Below, piece by piece: positions 50,741-64,000 of a stretch of DNA of 64,000 nucleotides. Source of the stretch: Mobula hypostoma (taxonomy: Eukaryota); assembly GCF_963921235.1 (NCBI RefSeq), contig NC_086097.1, positions 20,772,001-20,836,000 of the forward strand, read 5' to 3'. The notes beneath the pieces are model-generated. The model had not been told where the DNA came from, did no database searches, and saw nothing but the letters and a program-made list of their open reading frames with translations. The position numbers were made by a program, and so were the translations under genes. Numbering within the stretch: position 1 is the first letter of the stretch; each line of letters opens with the position of its first letter.

Positions 50741-52980
50741 TTTTTTTTGTGCTGCATTGGATCCAGAGTAACAATTGTTTTGTTCTCCTTTACCATTGTG
50801 CACTGGAAATGACATTAAACAATTTTGAATCTAAAACTGAAGTTTTGATCTCACACTCTATGCCATCATGGACTGAACACCCTTATTTGTCAACTGCTCT
50901 GCACTTCCACTGTAGGTGAACACCATAATGTGCTTCCTGTTGTTTTTTTCTCTCTTGTACTTATGTATGGAATGATCTCTATTCTATTTTGGTTTTTTAT
51001 CTAGTGACATGGCACGGTAACAGCCCTTCTAGCCCGACAAGCCCGCACTGCCCAATTACACCCCTGCGACCAATTCACCTACTAACCCTACCGTATTAAC
51101 CGTACATGTTTGGTATGTGGGAGGAAACCAGAGCACCTGGAGGAAACCCATCAGTCACGGAGAGAACGTACAAACTTCTTACAGGCGGTAGCGGAAATGG
51201 AACTTGGAGCGTTGGCACTGTAATAGAGTTATGCTAACCGCTATGGTACCATACTGCCCTTGTCTGAGTGGCATGGAAAACAAAGTTTTTCACTGTATGT
51301 TAGTACATGTGGTTAAAATAAACCAATTACCATTGGGGCCTGATGATTAATTTCCAGTTAGAGTCTCTCAAGATGAATCCTTGCATCTAGCCACCTTCTA
51401 CTCACAGTCTGTGCTGTGCCATTGTTGAGCTCTTCGATTTAGATATTGACATGACTTTATCAGTGAATGACTTCCTCTGTGTGTTTAGGGTGGGAAAGAG
51501 AGGAGTTGCATTTATATAGCACCTTCATGACTTCAGATCATTGCAAAGCACATTATCACTACTATGGAACTAAACTCATAATCATGGAGCACTACAGCAC
51601 AGAAACAGGCCCTTCAGCCCATCTAGTCCATATCAATCTGTTCATCTGCCTAGACCCATTGACCTGCACCTGAACCAGAGGCCTCCATATGCCACCTATC
51701 CATGTACTTACCCAAATCTCTCTTTAATGTGGCAATCAGACCCATATTCACCAGCACCACTGGCAGCTCGTTCCACACTCTCACCACCCTCTGAGTGAAG
51801 AAGTTCCCTCTCGTGTTTCCCTTAAATATTTCACCTTTCACCCTTAACCTGTGACTACCACCACCAGGTTTAGGAACAGTTAACAGCTTCAACCATCGGG
51901 CTCTTGAACTAAAGGTGATAGACTTCACTCAACTTCACTTGCCCCGTCACTGAAATGTTCCCACAACCTATGGAGTCACTTTCAAGGACACTTTATGTCA
52001 TGTTCTTGATATTTATTGCTTATTTATTTTAATTTTTGTATTACAGTTATTATTCTATAAATTTATTGAGCATGCCCACAAGAAAATGATTCTCAAGGTT
52101 GTATATGGTGACATATATATACTTTGATAATAAAATTTACTTTGAACTTTGACCTCTAATTCTAGTCTCACCAAACTGAAAAAAGCTGGCTTGCTTTTAC
52201 GCTATCTTTATTTTATATATCTCTGTCAAATCTCTCCTCCGCTCCAGGGAATAAAATCCTAACCTATTCAGCCTTTCTCTTTAACTCAGGTTCTTGAGTT
52301 CCGGCAATTAGAAACACAAGAGACTTTGTTGGTCAGTGCAGATTGGAATTGTGAAGTTTGGATACCTGCTTGTGGCTCTGCGCGGAACATGGCTAGCTGC
52401 TGAAACACCTTACAAGTGCACCCACAGAGCTCTCACCAGTGGGTCAGCCTGAATCAGGATCACTTCATCCTGACTAATCCAGAAGTGGTAATGGAACTCA
52501 GAATGAATCCATACCTGAGTCAGATGGGTTCATGTAAAACTGACCCTCCTGAGAATAAGTTACCCTGTCTCATTTGAAATGTTCCCTCTAATTTGTAATG
52601 ACTGGTGTGCGTAAAAATCTTGTGCCGTGCAATTTTTTGCCCAGTGACAACATGTGCACACTGAATAATTTCTTCAATAAAAATAGCATAAGTAAGCCAG
52701 TTCTAAAATCTGCAGATAAATCATCACAAACTCCACATTGTCAACACTGTCGGCATCACAAACTGGAAAAGGAAATGTGATTGCATGCAAGCATGAAATA
52801 TACTTAACATGCCAATGAGGCAGAGGGTGACAACCTTTTGTGCACAGTTTAAATGACCACAATCCTACTGACGTTGGAGGAGGTAAATGAACCTTCCGTT
52901 ACTTTGATTGGACCCGAATACGATTCGTGCAGTGGGGCCCCATCAGGTGAAAGAATGAAACCCAGAATTACTCAACTCAC

Positions 52981-53296
52981 CGTAGTTAAACTTCTCCTTG
53001 GAGGACCAGCTCTTGTGTATTGGCCAGTTCCTATCCCAAACTCCATCCAACGTGCTGAGGAATGTATCCTCCCCCTCGTACTCCACTGCATAATCCTCCT
53101 CTTCATCACCGTCCATCCCGTTGGCCGAGTCCAAGCTTCCCATCTCAGACGAGTCCGGATACTCCCAAAACAAGGGCCAGAAGATGTCCTTGTGAGACAG
53201 CCATTCAGCCGAGGAGATGGACCAGTCATTCCGGTTCCCCTTTAGCAGATCCATCTCGATTTCCGCCTGGGGGTCATCTACCACCTCGATGGTTAC
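52981..53296 (-). CDS. ism2: Isthmin-2-like coding exon (acidic linker: VTIEVVDDPQAEIEMDLL...KEKFNY)
   Basis: Acceptor ttcgatag|GTAACC at 53296 and donor TACG|gtgagt at 52981; 316 bp, phase 0 to 1. The VTIEVV.DPQAE..DLL motif is characteristic of isthmins and closest to ISM2. Confidence 0.9.
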
Positions 53297-54249
53297 CTAT
53301 CGAACACAGAAGATAAATACCATTTGTTCCCAATAATTATAATCTTTTTTTTTGTGTTAAAACCCCAACTTATTTTAGAGTCATAGAATTCAGCAGGCCC
53401 ATTGGCCCAACCTATCCACACCAACCATGTTATCTGCTGGAGCATTTGACCCATATCCCTCTCAACTTCTCCTATCCAGGAACTTTTTAAATATCTTTTA
53501 CACATTTGTTTCACCTCCAGGAAAATACATTGCCTCTCTCAGTGAGACTGGATATCTCTCAATCCTTTAGAATTCCGTTGACTTTATTTTATGATTGGCC
53601 ATCTGCTATTGGGTTTATTGACATTCAAGTTATTAACAGCTGTCGCGTTCAGTTTTGCTGCTTGCCAAGTCAGATTTTAACTTCATTCGTCCAGGAGCCT
53701 TCCTTGGAACTTCTATGTATCTTTCTATTTCTCAGTAGTGGTTCTCTCCCCTCTCACACAACCCTCCTGAAGCCATTGGCTCACAAGACCATCAGACAGT
53801 GGAGCTATCAAGTCTGCTCCAGCATTCGATCGTGGCTGATTTAACAAGGAACAAAAGCAATGCTTCAGTCCTATTCCATCCACCCTGTAAGATCCATTAT
53901 ATCATAAGACATTGGAGCAGAATTAGGCCATTCATGACCTATCTTATGCCTAGCTCACTTTCCCAGATAATCCTTGCTTTGAAAACCATTCAACCTCAGC
54001 CCATTCCGTGACTGGGCATCCATCTCCTCCTTGGATAGTGAACCTCAAAATATCACAGCCCCCTGCATAAAGAATGTTCTCCTCACTCCTGTCCACTATG
54101 GCTGGCCTTCTATTCTTATATGTGGCCCCAAGTTCTAAACTTTCCAACCAAAGGAAGCAATCCAATAGTATATACCTCCTCTTCCCCATCAGGATCTCAT
54201 GTGACTCAGTCACTGCTCATTCTTCCAATCTCTAGTGAGAATGATCAAT

Positions 54250-54960
54250 TTAGAACATAGAGCAGTACAGCACAATACAGGTCCCTTGGCCCACACTGCA
54301 GTGCTGCCCTTTTAACCTGCTCAAAGTTCAATCTAACCCGTTCTGCCCACAGAACCGTCCATTTTTCTATCATCCATTTGCCTATCTTAAGAGTCTCTTA
54401 AATGTCCCTAATGTGTCTGCCTTTACCATCTGATAGTGCATTCCACACACCACCACTCTGTGTAAAAATCTAGCTCTGACATCCTCCTTATACTTTCCTC
54501 CAATTACCTCAAAATTATGCCCTCTTGTATTAGTCATTTCCACCCTGGGAAAAGATTTCTGGTTGTCCACTCCATCTGTGTCTCTCTCAAGTCCCCTCTC
54601 ATCCTCCTGTCCAAAGAAAAAACCCTTAGCTCACTCAACTTATTCTCATAAGACATGCTCTCTAATCCAGGCAACATCTTGGTAAATCTCCTCTGCATGC
54701 TCTCTGAAGCTTCCAGCTCCTTCCTATAATGAGGTGACCAAAACTGAACACAACACTCCAAGTGTGGTCTCACCAGAGTTTTAAAGAGCTGCAACATTAA
54801 ATTGCAGCTCTTGAACTCAATCCTCTGAATAACGAAGGCCAAAACATATTATGCTTTCTTAACCAGCCTATCAACTTGTGCGGCAACTTTCAGGGATCTA
54901 TGGATGTGGACACTGAGATCCCTCTATTCCTTCACACTGCTAAGAATCCTGCCAGTAACT
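54250..54960 (-). mobile_element. CR1 LINE 3' fragment
   Basis: [23 protein letters not shown]...QRRFTKMLPGLE. Confidence 0.85.
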
Positions 54961-55387
54961 GCCTTCAAGACTGACCTTCCAAGATTTTATTCAACCTCTT
55001 ATCCTGGATTGAGTCACCTCTGGCACCTCTCTGCATCTCCAACTCTGTGGCAGGTGTATTTACCAGAATGTCACATAGTGCTCCAGGTTCATCTCCCGTC
55101 CACTGCAAATTCTGTAGTAGTTGCCTCCAATGTACTTGTTCACTCTGTCAGAGTCCTGGGACCCGGGACTTCGGTTCAGCGTTTGTCTGGTTTTAGTTTT
55201 ATTTATTAACCCACTCAGATCTATTTTATACTGGGCGGTACAGTGATATTGTTACTATCACTGGGGGGAGGCCATTCAGGCCATTGAGTCCATGCTGGTT
55301 CTCAGCAGCCCCCTTTATCTCAATTCCACTTTTCTTCCTTCCTTGTATCTTGCAGAGATTAAAAGATCTTTTCGAGCTTAATTTTAT

Positions 55388-55700
55388 TTGTCACCCTCCA
55401 AGAGGACCACAACCTTGTCGTAGGATTTGGAGGCTTGCGTGCCTCAATGACCCAGAGAGTCAGGGCCTCATGCTTTGACCCCTGCCAAACAGGTCAAAGG
55501 GTAGAGGCCAGACTAAGAGTGGTCCACCGGTCCTCCAGGTTCAGGAGATCAGCTCAGGACCAACAATCCTGACTGGTAAAACAAAATTGTTATGGAAACA
55601 GCAATGAAGAATCCTTCTACATTTGAATGTGACAGTGTTCCGGAGTCTCCACCCTGGACTTGCATGACTGGCGGTAGTGAAAACCGAGAGGAAACTGGAG
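55388..55700 (+). mobile_element. RTE (Expander/Rex3-like) 5'-UTR-derived fragment
   Basis: accttgtcgt..ggaggcttgcgtgcctcaatgaccc resembles RTE 5' ends; from recall only. Confidence 0.45.
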
Positions 55701-56599
55701 CAGCCTGAGGAAACCCATGCAGTCACAGGGAGAACATACAAATTTCTTACGGGCAGTGTCGGGAATCGAACCCAATAGGGTGATCGCTGGCACTAACCAC
55801 TACCTTTGCCACATCCCTACACAAAGGATAGTTTTGATAGGCACTCAACCCATCAACACCTTGTAGGGGTTGCGGGGGTGGGGGGAGGGGTAATGGAGAA
55901 CCCTGGGAAACCCACATGGTTACAGGGGGAGCATGCAGACTTCACACAGCCCCAGGGAGAACGTGTGGACTCCACTCTGCACACAAGAGCGGGATTAAAC
56001 CTGGCAGCTGGACTTGTGAGGCAGCAGCATGAATTCGACCAGCAACCCAGAGGTCAGGACTCTCTTGTGACCTGATACCAAATCCCTGAGGAAGTTAAAA
56101 ACAAAATGTCTGAGCAATGATGGCCAGGAAACCACAGGATTCTTGTAAAAAGTATCCTGAGGGAAGTCTGTCATCCTCACTCAGTCTGGTATGTGAGTGA
56201 GGACCCGTAGTACCGTGGTTACCTCTGAAGAATTGGTAATTGGTGCATTATTGTCACTTACAGTGGGGAAGGTTCTTGCTTGCATACATTTCAGATGAGC
56301 CATTTCCTTACAGGATTACATCAAGGTAGTAAAAAGTGGAAAAAAAGACAGAATGGGAAATCTTGTGTTACAGTTACAGAGAAAATACAGTGCAGGTAGA
56401 CAACATGGTGCAAAGGCCACAACAAGAGAGAATGAGATATCAGAGATTCATCATCAGCGTATGAGAGATGTCTTCAAGAGTTTGATAACAGTGTGTTGTA
56501 AGCTGTCCTTGAGCCTGGTTGTACCTGTTCTTAGGCTCCTGCATTGTCTGCCAGACTTGAGGGGGTAAAGAAAGACTAGGGTGAGCGGGGTCTTTGACT

Positions 56600-57715
56600 A
56601 TAAGACCACAAGACACAGAAGCAGAATTAGGCCATTCAGCCCATCAAGTGTGTTCTGCCATCCTAGCATGGCTGACTTATTATCCCTCTCAACCCCATTC
56701 TCCCTGTAACCTTTGGTGTCCTGACTAATCAAGAAACTATCAACCTCCACTTTAACAGACCCATTGACTTGGCCTCCATAGCCGTCAAAGGCAATGGATT
56801 CCACAGATTCACTAACATCTGGCAAATGAAATACTTCCTCATCTCTGTTCTAAATGGACAGCCCTCTATTCTGAGGCTGTGCCCTCTGGTCCTCAACTCC
56901 GCCACCATAGGAAAGGTCCTCTCCACATCCACTCTATCTAGGCCTTTCAATATTCCATAGATTTCAATGAAATACCCCTCATTCTTCTAAACTGCACTAA
57001 ATACAGGCCCAGAACCATCAAACGCTTCTCATATGTTAATTGCTTCACTCCTACTATCATTCTTGTGAACCTTCTCTGGACCCTTTCCAATGCCAGCACA
57101 CCTTTCCTTAGATAAGGGGCCCAGATCGGCTCACAATACTCCCAAGTGTGGTCTTCCTAATGCCTTATAAAGCCTCAGCATTACATCCTCGCTTTATATT
57201 TTAGTCCTCTCGAAACGAAAGCTAACATTGCACTTGCCTTCCTTTCCACTGACTCATCTTGCAAGTTAACCTTTCAGGAATCCTGAACAAGGACTCCCAA
57301 GTCCCTTTGCATCTCTGATTTTTAAATTTACTTCCTGCTTAGAAAATAGTTTACGTCTTTATTCCTTCTACCGAAGTGCATGACCATACACCTCCCTACG
57401 CTATATTCCATCTGCCATTTCTATTTCCGTTCTCATCTGCCTACGTCCTCCTGCAGACTCTCTGCTTCCTGAACACTACCTGACCCTCCCCCATCTTCAT
57501 ATCGTCTGCAAACCTGGCCACAGAGCCATCAATTCCGTCATCCAAATCATTGACGTACAAGATGAAGAGAAGTGGTCCCAACTCCAATCCATGCGAAACA
57601 CTACTAGTCACCAGCAACCAACCAGAAAAGGGCCCCCTTCATTCTTACTCTTCTCCTCTTGCCTGTCAGCCAATTTTCTATTCCTGCTAGTATACCCTAA
57701 TACCAGGGGCTCTTG
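56600..57715 (-). mobile_element. CR1 LINE fragment
   Basis: KGLDRVDVERTFP...TRGHSLRIEG; tttgcagacgat (FADD) on the minus strand near 57505. Confidence 0.85.
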
Positions 57716-60239
57716 TAGTGGGTGCTTTGCTGGGACAGAGGGAGGTGTAGGCGTACGCCATTGGAAGGGAGGCTGGCTTGTGTGATGAACCGGGCTGCAG
57801 TTTCTTGCGGTCAGGGGTGGAGCAGTTGCCAGGCCAAGCTGTGATACATCTAGATGGGGTAAGTTCTCTGGTGCATCAATAAAACTTGGCGAAGGCCATC
57901 TGGGACGAGTAAAGGTGGCACAGGGCAATTAGGAGCAGGTATTCATTTATTTATTTAGGGATACAGCATGGTAGCAGGGCTTTCCAGGATCGCCCAGTTA
58001 CACCCGCGTGACCTACTAACCCACTAACTTGTACATCTTTGGAAACCAGAACACCCAGAGGAAACCCAGGTGGTCATGGGGAGAACGTACAAATTCCCCA
58101 CGGGCAGTGGTGGGAATTGAACCCAGTAATAACATTACGCTAACTGCTCTGCTGACTGTGCCTCCCCAGTGCAGAGGGACGCGAGTCAGGAAAGGGTATG
58201 TCGAGCTGTCGGGGCAGGCTGTGGAAAAACAACACAAAGGTGGTACCTTGGTCAATCGTGTAGACATCATCCCCAGATAAGACTAACAAGAAAGTTGGAG
58301 GTCTTTGGAACCCAAGTCATTGCTATTGATGTGAGCCTAGACATTGTGTTGCAGCTCGAAACAGACCGGAAATCCAGTGTATTCCCAAAACCAGCAAGGC
58401 CTGCCGAGTGTAGAGTACATTCAAGATGCTGAACAGACAAAATCGGAATCAGAATCGGGTTTAATATCACCGGCATGTGTCATGAAATTTGTTGTTTTGC
58501 AGCAACACTACAGTGCAATATTCAATAAAAATGCCATAAATTACAGTTTGATACATATAGATTAAATGAAATAAGAGAGGGGAAAGATAGTGAGGGAGTA
58601 TACATTGGCTCATTGTCTATTCAGAAATCTGAAAGTGGAGGGAAAAAAGCTGTTCCTAAAACGCTGAGTGTCTGTCTTCAGACCCCTGCACATCCTTCTT
58701 GACGGTAGCAATGAGGAGGGCATGTTCTGAATGATGGGGGTCCTTAATGGCGTTGGTGGACAGCGACGTAATGCCCATTATCAGCTGCGATGATACAAAA
58801 ATTGGCGGAGCTCTGGATAGAGAGAAAGGTTACCAAAGGATTCAGCAGGGATGTAGGCCACTTGGAAATCTGGGCAGAGAAGTGGTAGATGGCATTTAAT
58901 CTGGAGAGCGAGGTGCTGCATTTTGGGAGGTAAGAGGGGAGTATACAGTAAATGGTAGAGCCCTTAGGAACACTGAGGTACAGAGGGATCTCGGGGTTTA
59001 ATTCATTGCTCCCTGAAATTGGCACAGTTAGGGTGGTTAAAAAGGTGTGCAGCATGCCAGCCTTCATCAGTTGGGGCATTGAGTGGCAAAGTCCAAGTTG
59101 TAGCTATACAAGACTTTGGTTAGGGCACATCCAGAGAACCACCATACAGACCATGCTCTCTTTATGCTCCTACCATCAGGCAGGAGGTACAGAAGCCTTC
59201 GGTCCCACACCACCAGGTTCAGGAAGAGGATGAGAGAGGGGAAGTTTAAAGGAGATTGATGAGGCAAGATTTTTTACATGGAGAGAAGTAGACACCTGGA
59301 AGGCAAGTGATGAAAGCAGATATGACAGTGAGGTTTAAGAGCTATTTAGACAGACACATGAACAGGCAAGGAATGGAAGGATTGAGATCTCATGCAAGCC
59401 TTTGTGCTGCTTAGACTGATCTCACGGTTGGCACTGGCATCATAAGCCTGTTCGTTTTCTATGTTTGGCGAACAATGTAGATTCCATAACACTGACTTGC
59501 GGTGGATAATGTTTCAGATCCCCAGGGCAGCATACAGAATGTAGAGGGACATGAATCAGCGGGCTGTTGGGGGATCACAAGGTTATCAGGCTGAGGGTCA
59601 ACAGGTCAAAGGTTATCAGTTTAGCTCTGAAGACGGCAGATTAGCCCACTCTCTTATCAGTCCAGATCATGCCTCTACTGAACTGCTCAAAACCTTCAGC
59701 CTCAAGCTGTGAGAATTGTTTTGAACTGGTCAGTGAAGTAGCAGCTATGGCAACTTCCTCTCTGCCACCGCGCCGGTGAAGTGTTTAATGAGCCTTTCTG
59801 TCCAAGGTTTGAGCTTTCACCTCAGGCACTGGTAAGGAGACACTTCACTGCCTGAAGCTTTAAACTGTGATGGGGTTACACAGGTCAGGCCAGCCCGTAC
59901 AACACAGACACTGGAAATGGATACTGGCTGTCCAGCTGTGGGACCAAAACCCGAGAGGAACTGGGAAACCAACACTAACGAACTTTCAAAATATTTTAAA
60001 TGATAGAATGGGATGGCATATTTGTTTAAAATTTTAGATTAGAAAAGCAGAGAATGAGCAGCGTGTGACAGACTGAGAGAGACATGGAGGGCAGAAGATT
60101 TTACTGTAACTTACTGGAACCAGGTTAAAATTAAACCTGAGTTAATCTCAATAGCTCTTGAAACTTCAAAGCTGCTGTTTTCAAAGTGTGTAAAAGAGAA
60201 CTAAGATTTCCCATAACAAATTAACAGTCTAGGATTTAA

Positions 60240-60749
60240 CATTCTGTACAAAAGTCTTAGACACCCGAGCTTTTGCGCAGCACTGTAGTAATTTTACGTA
60301 TTGCACTGTACTGCTGCTGCAAAAAAAATTCATGACATATGTGAGTGATGATAAAACTGATTCTGATATGGGACTCTGTTGTGGACTGAGAATGGGGAAG
60401 GGGACAGGGAGAGGGGAATCATGGATGGGAAAAGGGGAAGAGAAAGGGGAGGGAGCAGGAAATACCAGAGAGACATTCTGTAATGATGAATAAACTGATT
60501 ATTTGGTGTCTCAGGGCTGGGTGTGTCTGGGTGTGTCTGCACCTGCGCCACCCCCTGCTCCTGGCACTCTTTCTCTGACATCCGTCCTACACCCCTCCCG
60601 CAACAGTCCACCCTCACCATTCCCAACATCCTTTGCTCCCACCAGACTTACAAACTCGCTCTCCACTCCTTGCTGACAAATACGGTTCTGTGTAAAAGTC
60701 TTATGTATCCTAGCTATGTATACATGCCTAGGACTTTTGCACAGTATTG
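60240..60749. mobile_element. Second copy of the composite Tc1-type MITE, opposite orientation to 44454-44976
   Basis: Ends ctgtacaaaagtcttag / ctaggacttttgcacagtattg. Interior is the reverse complement of 44525-44905. Confidence 0.8.
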
Positions 60750-61064
60750 TAGATGTAATTTAAAACACAGTCTTCAGCATTGCTCTGCAGATTTTTTCTC
60801 GTAACAAGTTAACAGTCTAGGAATTAGATGTAAACCACAATCTGACCAGTACTTCGAGATTCATGTACAGATTTTTGAGGAATTGTCTATGGATGCAATG
60901 TAAAAGATTTTATTAGGCTACTCTGCAGTGTACTTTAACTCATTCTGACAAGGATTCTCTTCATTGTCAGTAACAAGCACTAATATCTACATTGTGCTTT
61001 AAGTAGAAAGAAGCATTCCAAAATGCTGTTTAGCCAGTGAACCAAACAAGATGTAAAGGTGAAC

Positions 61065-61800
61065 ACTACACAAACTGCTGGAGGAACTCAGCAGGTCAGG
61101 CAGCATCAATGGAGAGGAATAAACAGTCAACGTTTTGGGTGACTGCCCTTCATCGAAGTTCTAAAGTTCACAGTCAAAGTACATATATGTTACCATACTA
61201 TCAAATATGGTGACCTGTATGTCACCATATTATCTAAGTACATGTATGTCACCATATACAACCTTGAGATTCATCAGGACCTTAATAAATGTCTCCATGG
61301 TTTCCATGGCCTCCTCTTGTGCCAAAATGAGGCCACGCTCAGGGTGGAGGAGTAACACCATATATTCCATCTGGGTAGCCTCCAATCTGATGGTGTGAAT
61401 ATCGATTTCTCCTTCTGGTTAACAAATTTCCCCCTCCCCCTTCCTCTATTCCCCACTCTGACCTTTTACCTCCTTTCACCTGTTGGTTAATTCCTCCTGG
61501 GACCCCTTCTCCTTCTCTTTCTCCTATGGTCTACTCTCCTCATCTATTGGATTCCTACTTATCCAGCCCTTGACCTTTCCCACCCACCTGGCTTCCCCTA
61601 TCACCTTCCAGCTAGCCTCTTTCTCCTCCCCCAACCTTTTTATTCTGACATCTCCCCTTCCTGCTCAGTCCTAAAGACTCTCAGCCCAAAACATCGACTA
61701 TCTACTCATTTCCATAGAGGCTGCCTGACCAGCCTGAGTTTCTCCAGCGTTCTGTGTGTGTTGCTTTGGATTTCCAGCATCTGCAGAATCTCTTGTGTTT
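61065..61800. mobile_element. Penelope-like fragments (inverted terminal piece plus direct 3' end)
   Basis: ctgctggaggaactcagcagg at 61075, endonuclease C-terminal remnant at 61305-61420, and terminal ccagcatctgcagaatctcttgtgttt. Confidence 0.7.
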
Positions 61801-61850
61801 AAGGTGAACTCTATTCTTGATTGGAGAGAGTAGTGTAGCAGGTAGTACTA

Positions 61851-62188
61851 TGAGGGGTGATTGATAAGTTCGTGGCCTAAAGTAGAAGGAGTCTATTTTA
61901 GAAAACATTTATTTTTGAACATAGTCCCCTCCTGCATTTACACACTTAGTCCAGTGGTTGTGGAGCATACCGATCCCTTCTTTGTAGAAGTCGGTGTCTT
62001 GGAGCTCCAGAAAGCAGTCCACAGCAGGGGTGATTGATAAGTTCGTGGCCTACGATAGAAGGAGATGAGTTATACAGCTCTTGTTACATGCACATGCAGT
62101 TCAACTCTTTGAGTGATTATGCAGAAAGTTTGAAGTTAATAACTCATCTCCTTCTACCTTAGGCGACAAACATATCAATCACCCCTCG
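61851..62188. mobile_element. Mariner-type MITE
   Basis: TIR (t/c)gaggggtgattgata / tatcaatcacccctcg, flanked by TA (61849-50 / 62189-90); extra internal TIR copy at ~62026. Confidence 0.85.
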
Positions 62189-63769
62189 TACTGCCCCACC
62201 ACTCCAGGGACCTGGGTTCGATCCTGACCTAATGTGTTGCAGGGTGCACTGGTTTCCTCCGGAATCCCAAAGATGTGCTGGCAGGGTAACTGACCGCTGC
62301 AAATAGCCCTAACTGACCCTCAGTGTCGGTTAATGGAACAGGAATCAGAGGGGATGCTGCTGGGCATGGGAGGGAGACTGGGTACTGGGAAATAAGCAAA
62401 GAGTTCCGACAAAGAGTACATGATCCTGAAAACCCAAACGCAGTGTCTTAGGAACAGCTTTTCCCCTCTGCTATCCAATTTCTGAATGTTCCATGAACCC
62501 ATGAACACTAGCTCTCTTTTTCAAAGTTCAAAGTAAATTTAATATCAAAGTATGTATACGTCACCATATACTTACTTTTCTTGTTGGCAGTTTTGCGCTA
62601 TTTATTTTTTAAAATATATTCCTAATTGTAACTTATAGTAGTGCTTTATGTTTAACACTGTACTGCTGCAACAAAACAACAAATTTCACGACATTTGACA
62701 GTGATAATAAGCATGAATCTCATTCTCCTTCCACAGATTCTGCCTGACCCGCTGAGTGTCTCCAGATCTATTTTTATATTTCATTATGATCTTGCACTTA
62801 TAGTTTCCCTGCACTGCACTCTCTGTAAATGTAACACTTTATTCTGTATTCTGTTGTTGTTTTCCTGTGTTCTAGCTCAATGCACTGTGTAACCAGTTGG
62901 TCTGTTTGACAAGCTTTTCACCGTATCTCAGTACATGTGACAATAATAAACCAATTCCAATTCCAATAAGGTTTTAGGTCGGGATCTCTCATCAGAACTT
63001 CTATCAGTGCTTTTTTAATCTCCCCTACATTCTCTCCAGTACAACCACATCCTTCCTACAGCGTGGCAATATTTTAAGGGTAGTATAATTACATCAGCAA
63101 TTTTGTACTCAGGTGGGTCCCATCAATGAGGTGAATGGCCAGTAATTCTGAGGGAACGTTTTGTCCCGAAACGTTGACAGTTTATTCCCCTTCGTAGATG
63201 CTGCCTGACCCACTGAATTCTCCACCGTTTTTTTATGTTGCTCGTATTTTTATTTCAGATTACTAGCACTTGCAAGATTTTAGATTTTCATTGAAAACAA
63301 GGTTTTGTTTGGGGACCAGGGGATGCTTTTTTTGTTTTAGAAGGTGAAAAGTGATGGGGAGGCTACAAATTTGAGGGGAAAATGGAGTGAGTGGGCTGCA
63401 CCGTTGCTGGAGCTGCTACCTCATTTAATCCTGATTTAGAGTGCTGCCTATGTGGAGTTTACACGTTTTCCCTGTGACCACACTGGTCTCCTCCCAGGTG
63501 CTCCAGTTTCTTCCCATGTCCCAAAGACGTCTAGGTTGATCAGTTCGATGGCTGCTGTAAGCTACTGTAACTCTGTAAGTGAGTGGTACAGTCTGGGGAG
63601 GGGGGAGCTGATGGGAATGTGGGGAGAATCAATTGTAGGGAATATTGGTTGGGAATGGAATTGTCCTTCAACCCATGGGACAGTGTTGTCCAGGATGACC
63701 TCATAGAAATTTATAAAATAAGGTGGATGGTCACAGCCTTTTCCCCAGGGTTGGGGAAAGGGTATGTAT

Positions 63770-64000
63770 TGTTACAAGGAGGTCTGTGGTTTTTTTTTGG
63801 GAGAATGATGTAATGGTCTTTTGGAGGTCACCTGATGTAATTTTCCCGCTGATGTGAGGTCACGTGATGACGTGCACTACGGGTATATAAGGGAAGACCA
63901 GTTAGTTTTTAGTTTTTAGATTTCCAGCTAGAATGTACTGTGTCTCCGTTTCTGTTGTGTATTTGTTTTGATGATGCAACTTCATTTTTAAAACGGTTGT
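63770..64000 (+). mobile_element. Probable start of an LTR, truncated by the window edge
   Basis: Begins TGTTAC where a CR1 fragment breaks off; contains CACGTG, TGACGT and TATATAAG (63884-63891). Confidence 0.45.

Noticed and set aside
55388..55520. HDV-like ribozyme in the RTE 5' fragment
   Set aside because: This copy appears internally deleted and the required pairings could not be assigned.
53297..64000. Upstream ism2 exons (signal peptide; exon ending ...NPNIQ)
   Set aside because: Not found by eye; probably outside the window, though a diverged exon could have been missed.

Overview
Repeat-dense vertebrate genomic DNA, probably from a cartilaginous fish (inferred from the mix of CR1, Rex1/Babar, V-SINE and Penelope repeats). 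The only host gene I can support is the 3' part of an isthmin gene, most like ISM2, on the minus strand. It has four coding exons with canonical GT-AG splice sites and matching phases (53296-52981, 43392-43252, 36895-36818, 34200-33683) that encode the linker, TSP1 and AMOP domains. Its first exons were not found and probably lie beyond 64000. Most of the remainder is nested transposable elements: one young 5'-truncated CR1 with a near-intact RT, many old CR1 and Rex1/Babar fragments, tRNA-derived SINEs, RTE-derived non-autonomous elements, several MITEs and a probable LTR at the right edge. The most notable signals are candidate ribozymes inside retroelements: a family of Penelope-like elements carrying minimal hammerhead motifs (one intact at 24233-24270, minus strand; one fold-back copy inverted at the catalytic core) and an RTE-type element whose 5' end can be folded as an HDV-like ribozyme (30193-30375). 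Family assignments are by eye; no database searches were run.
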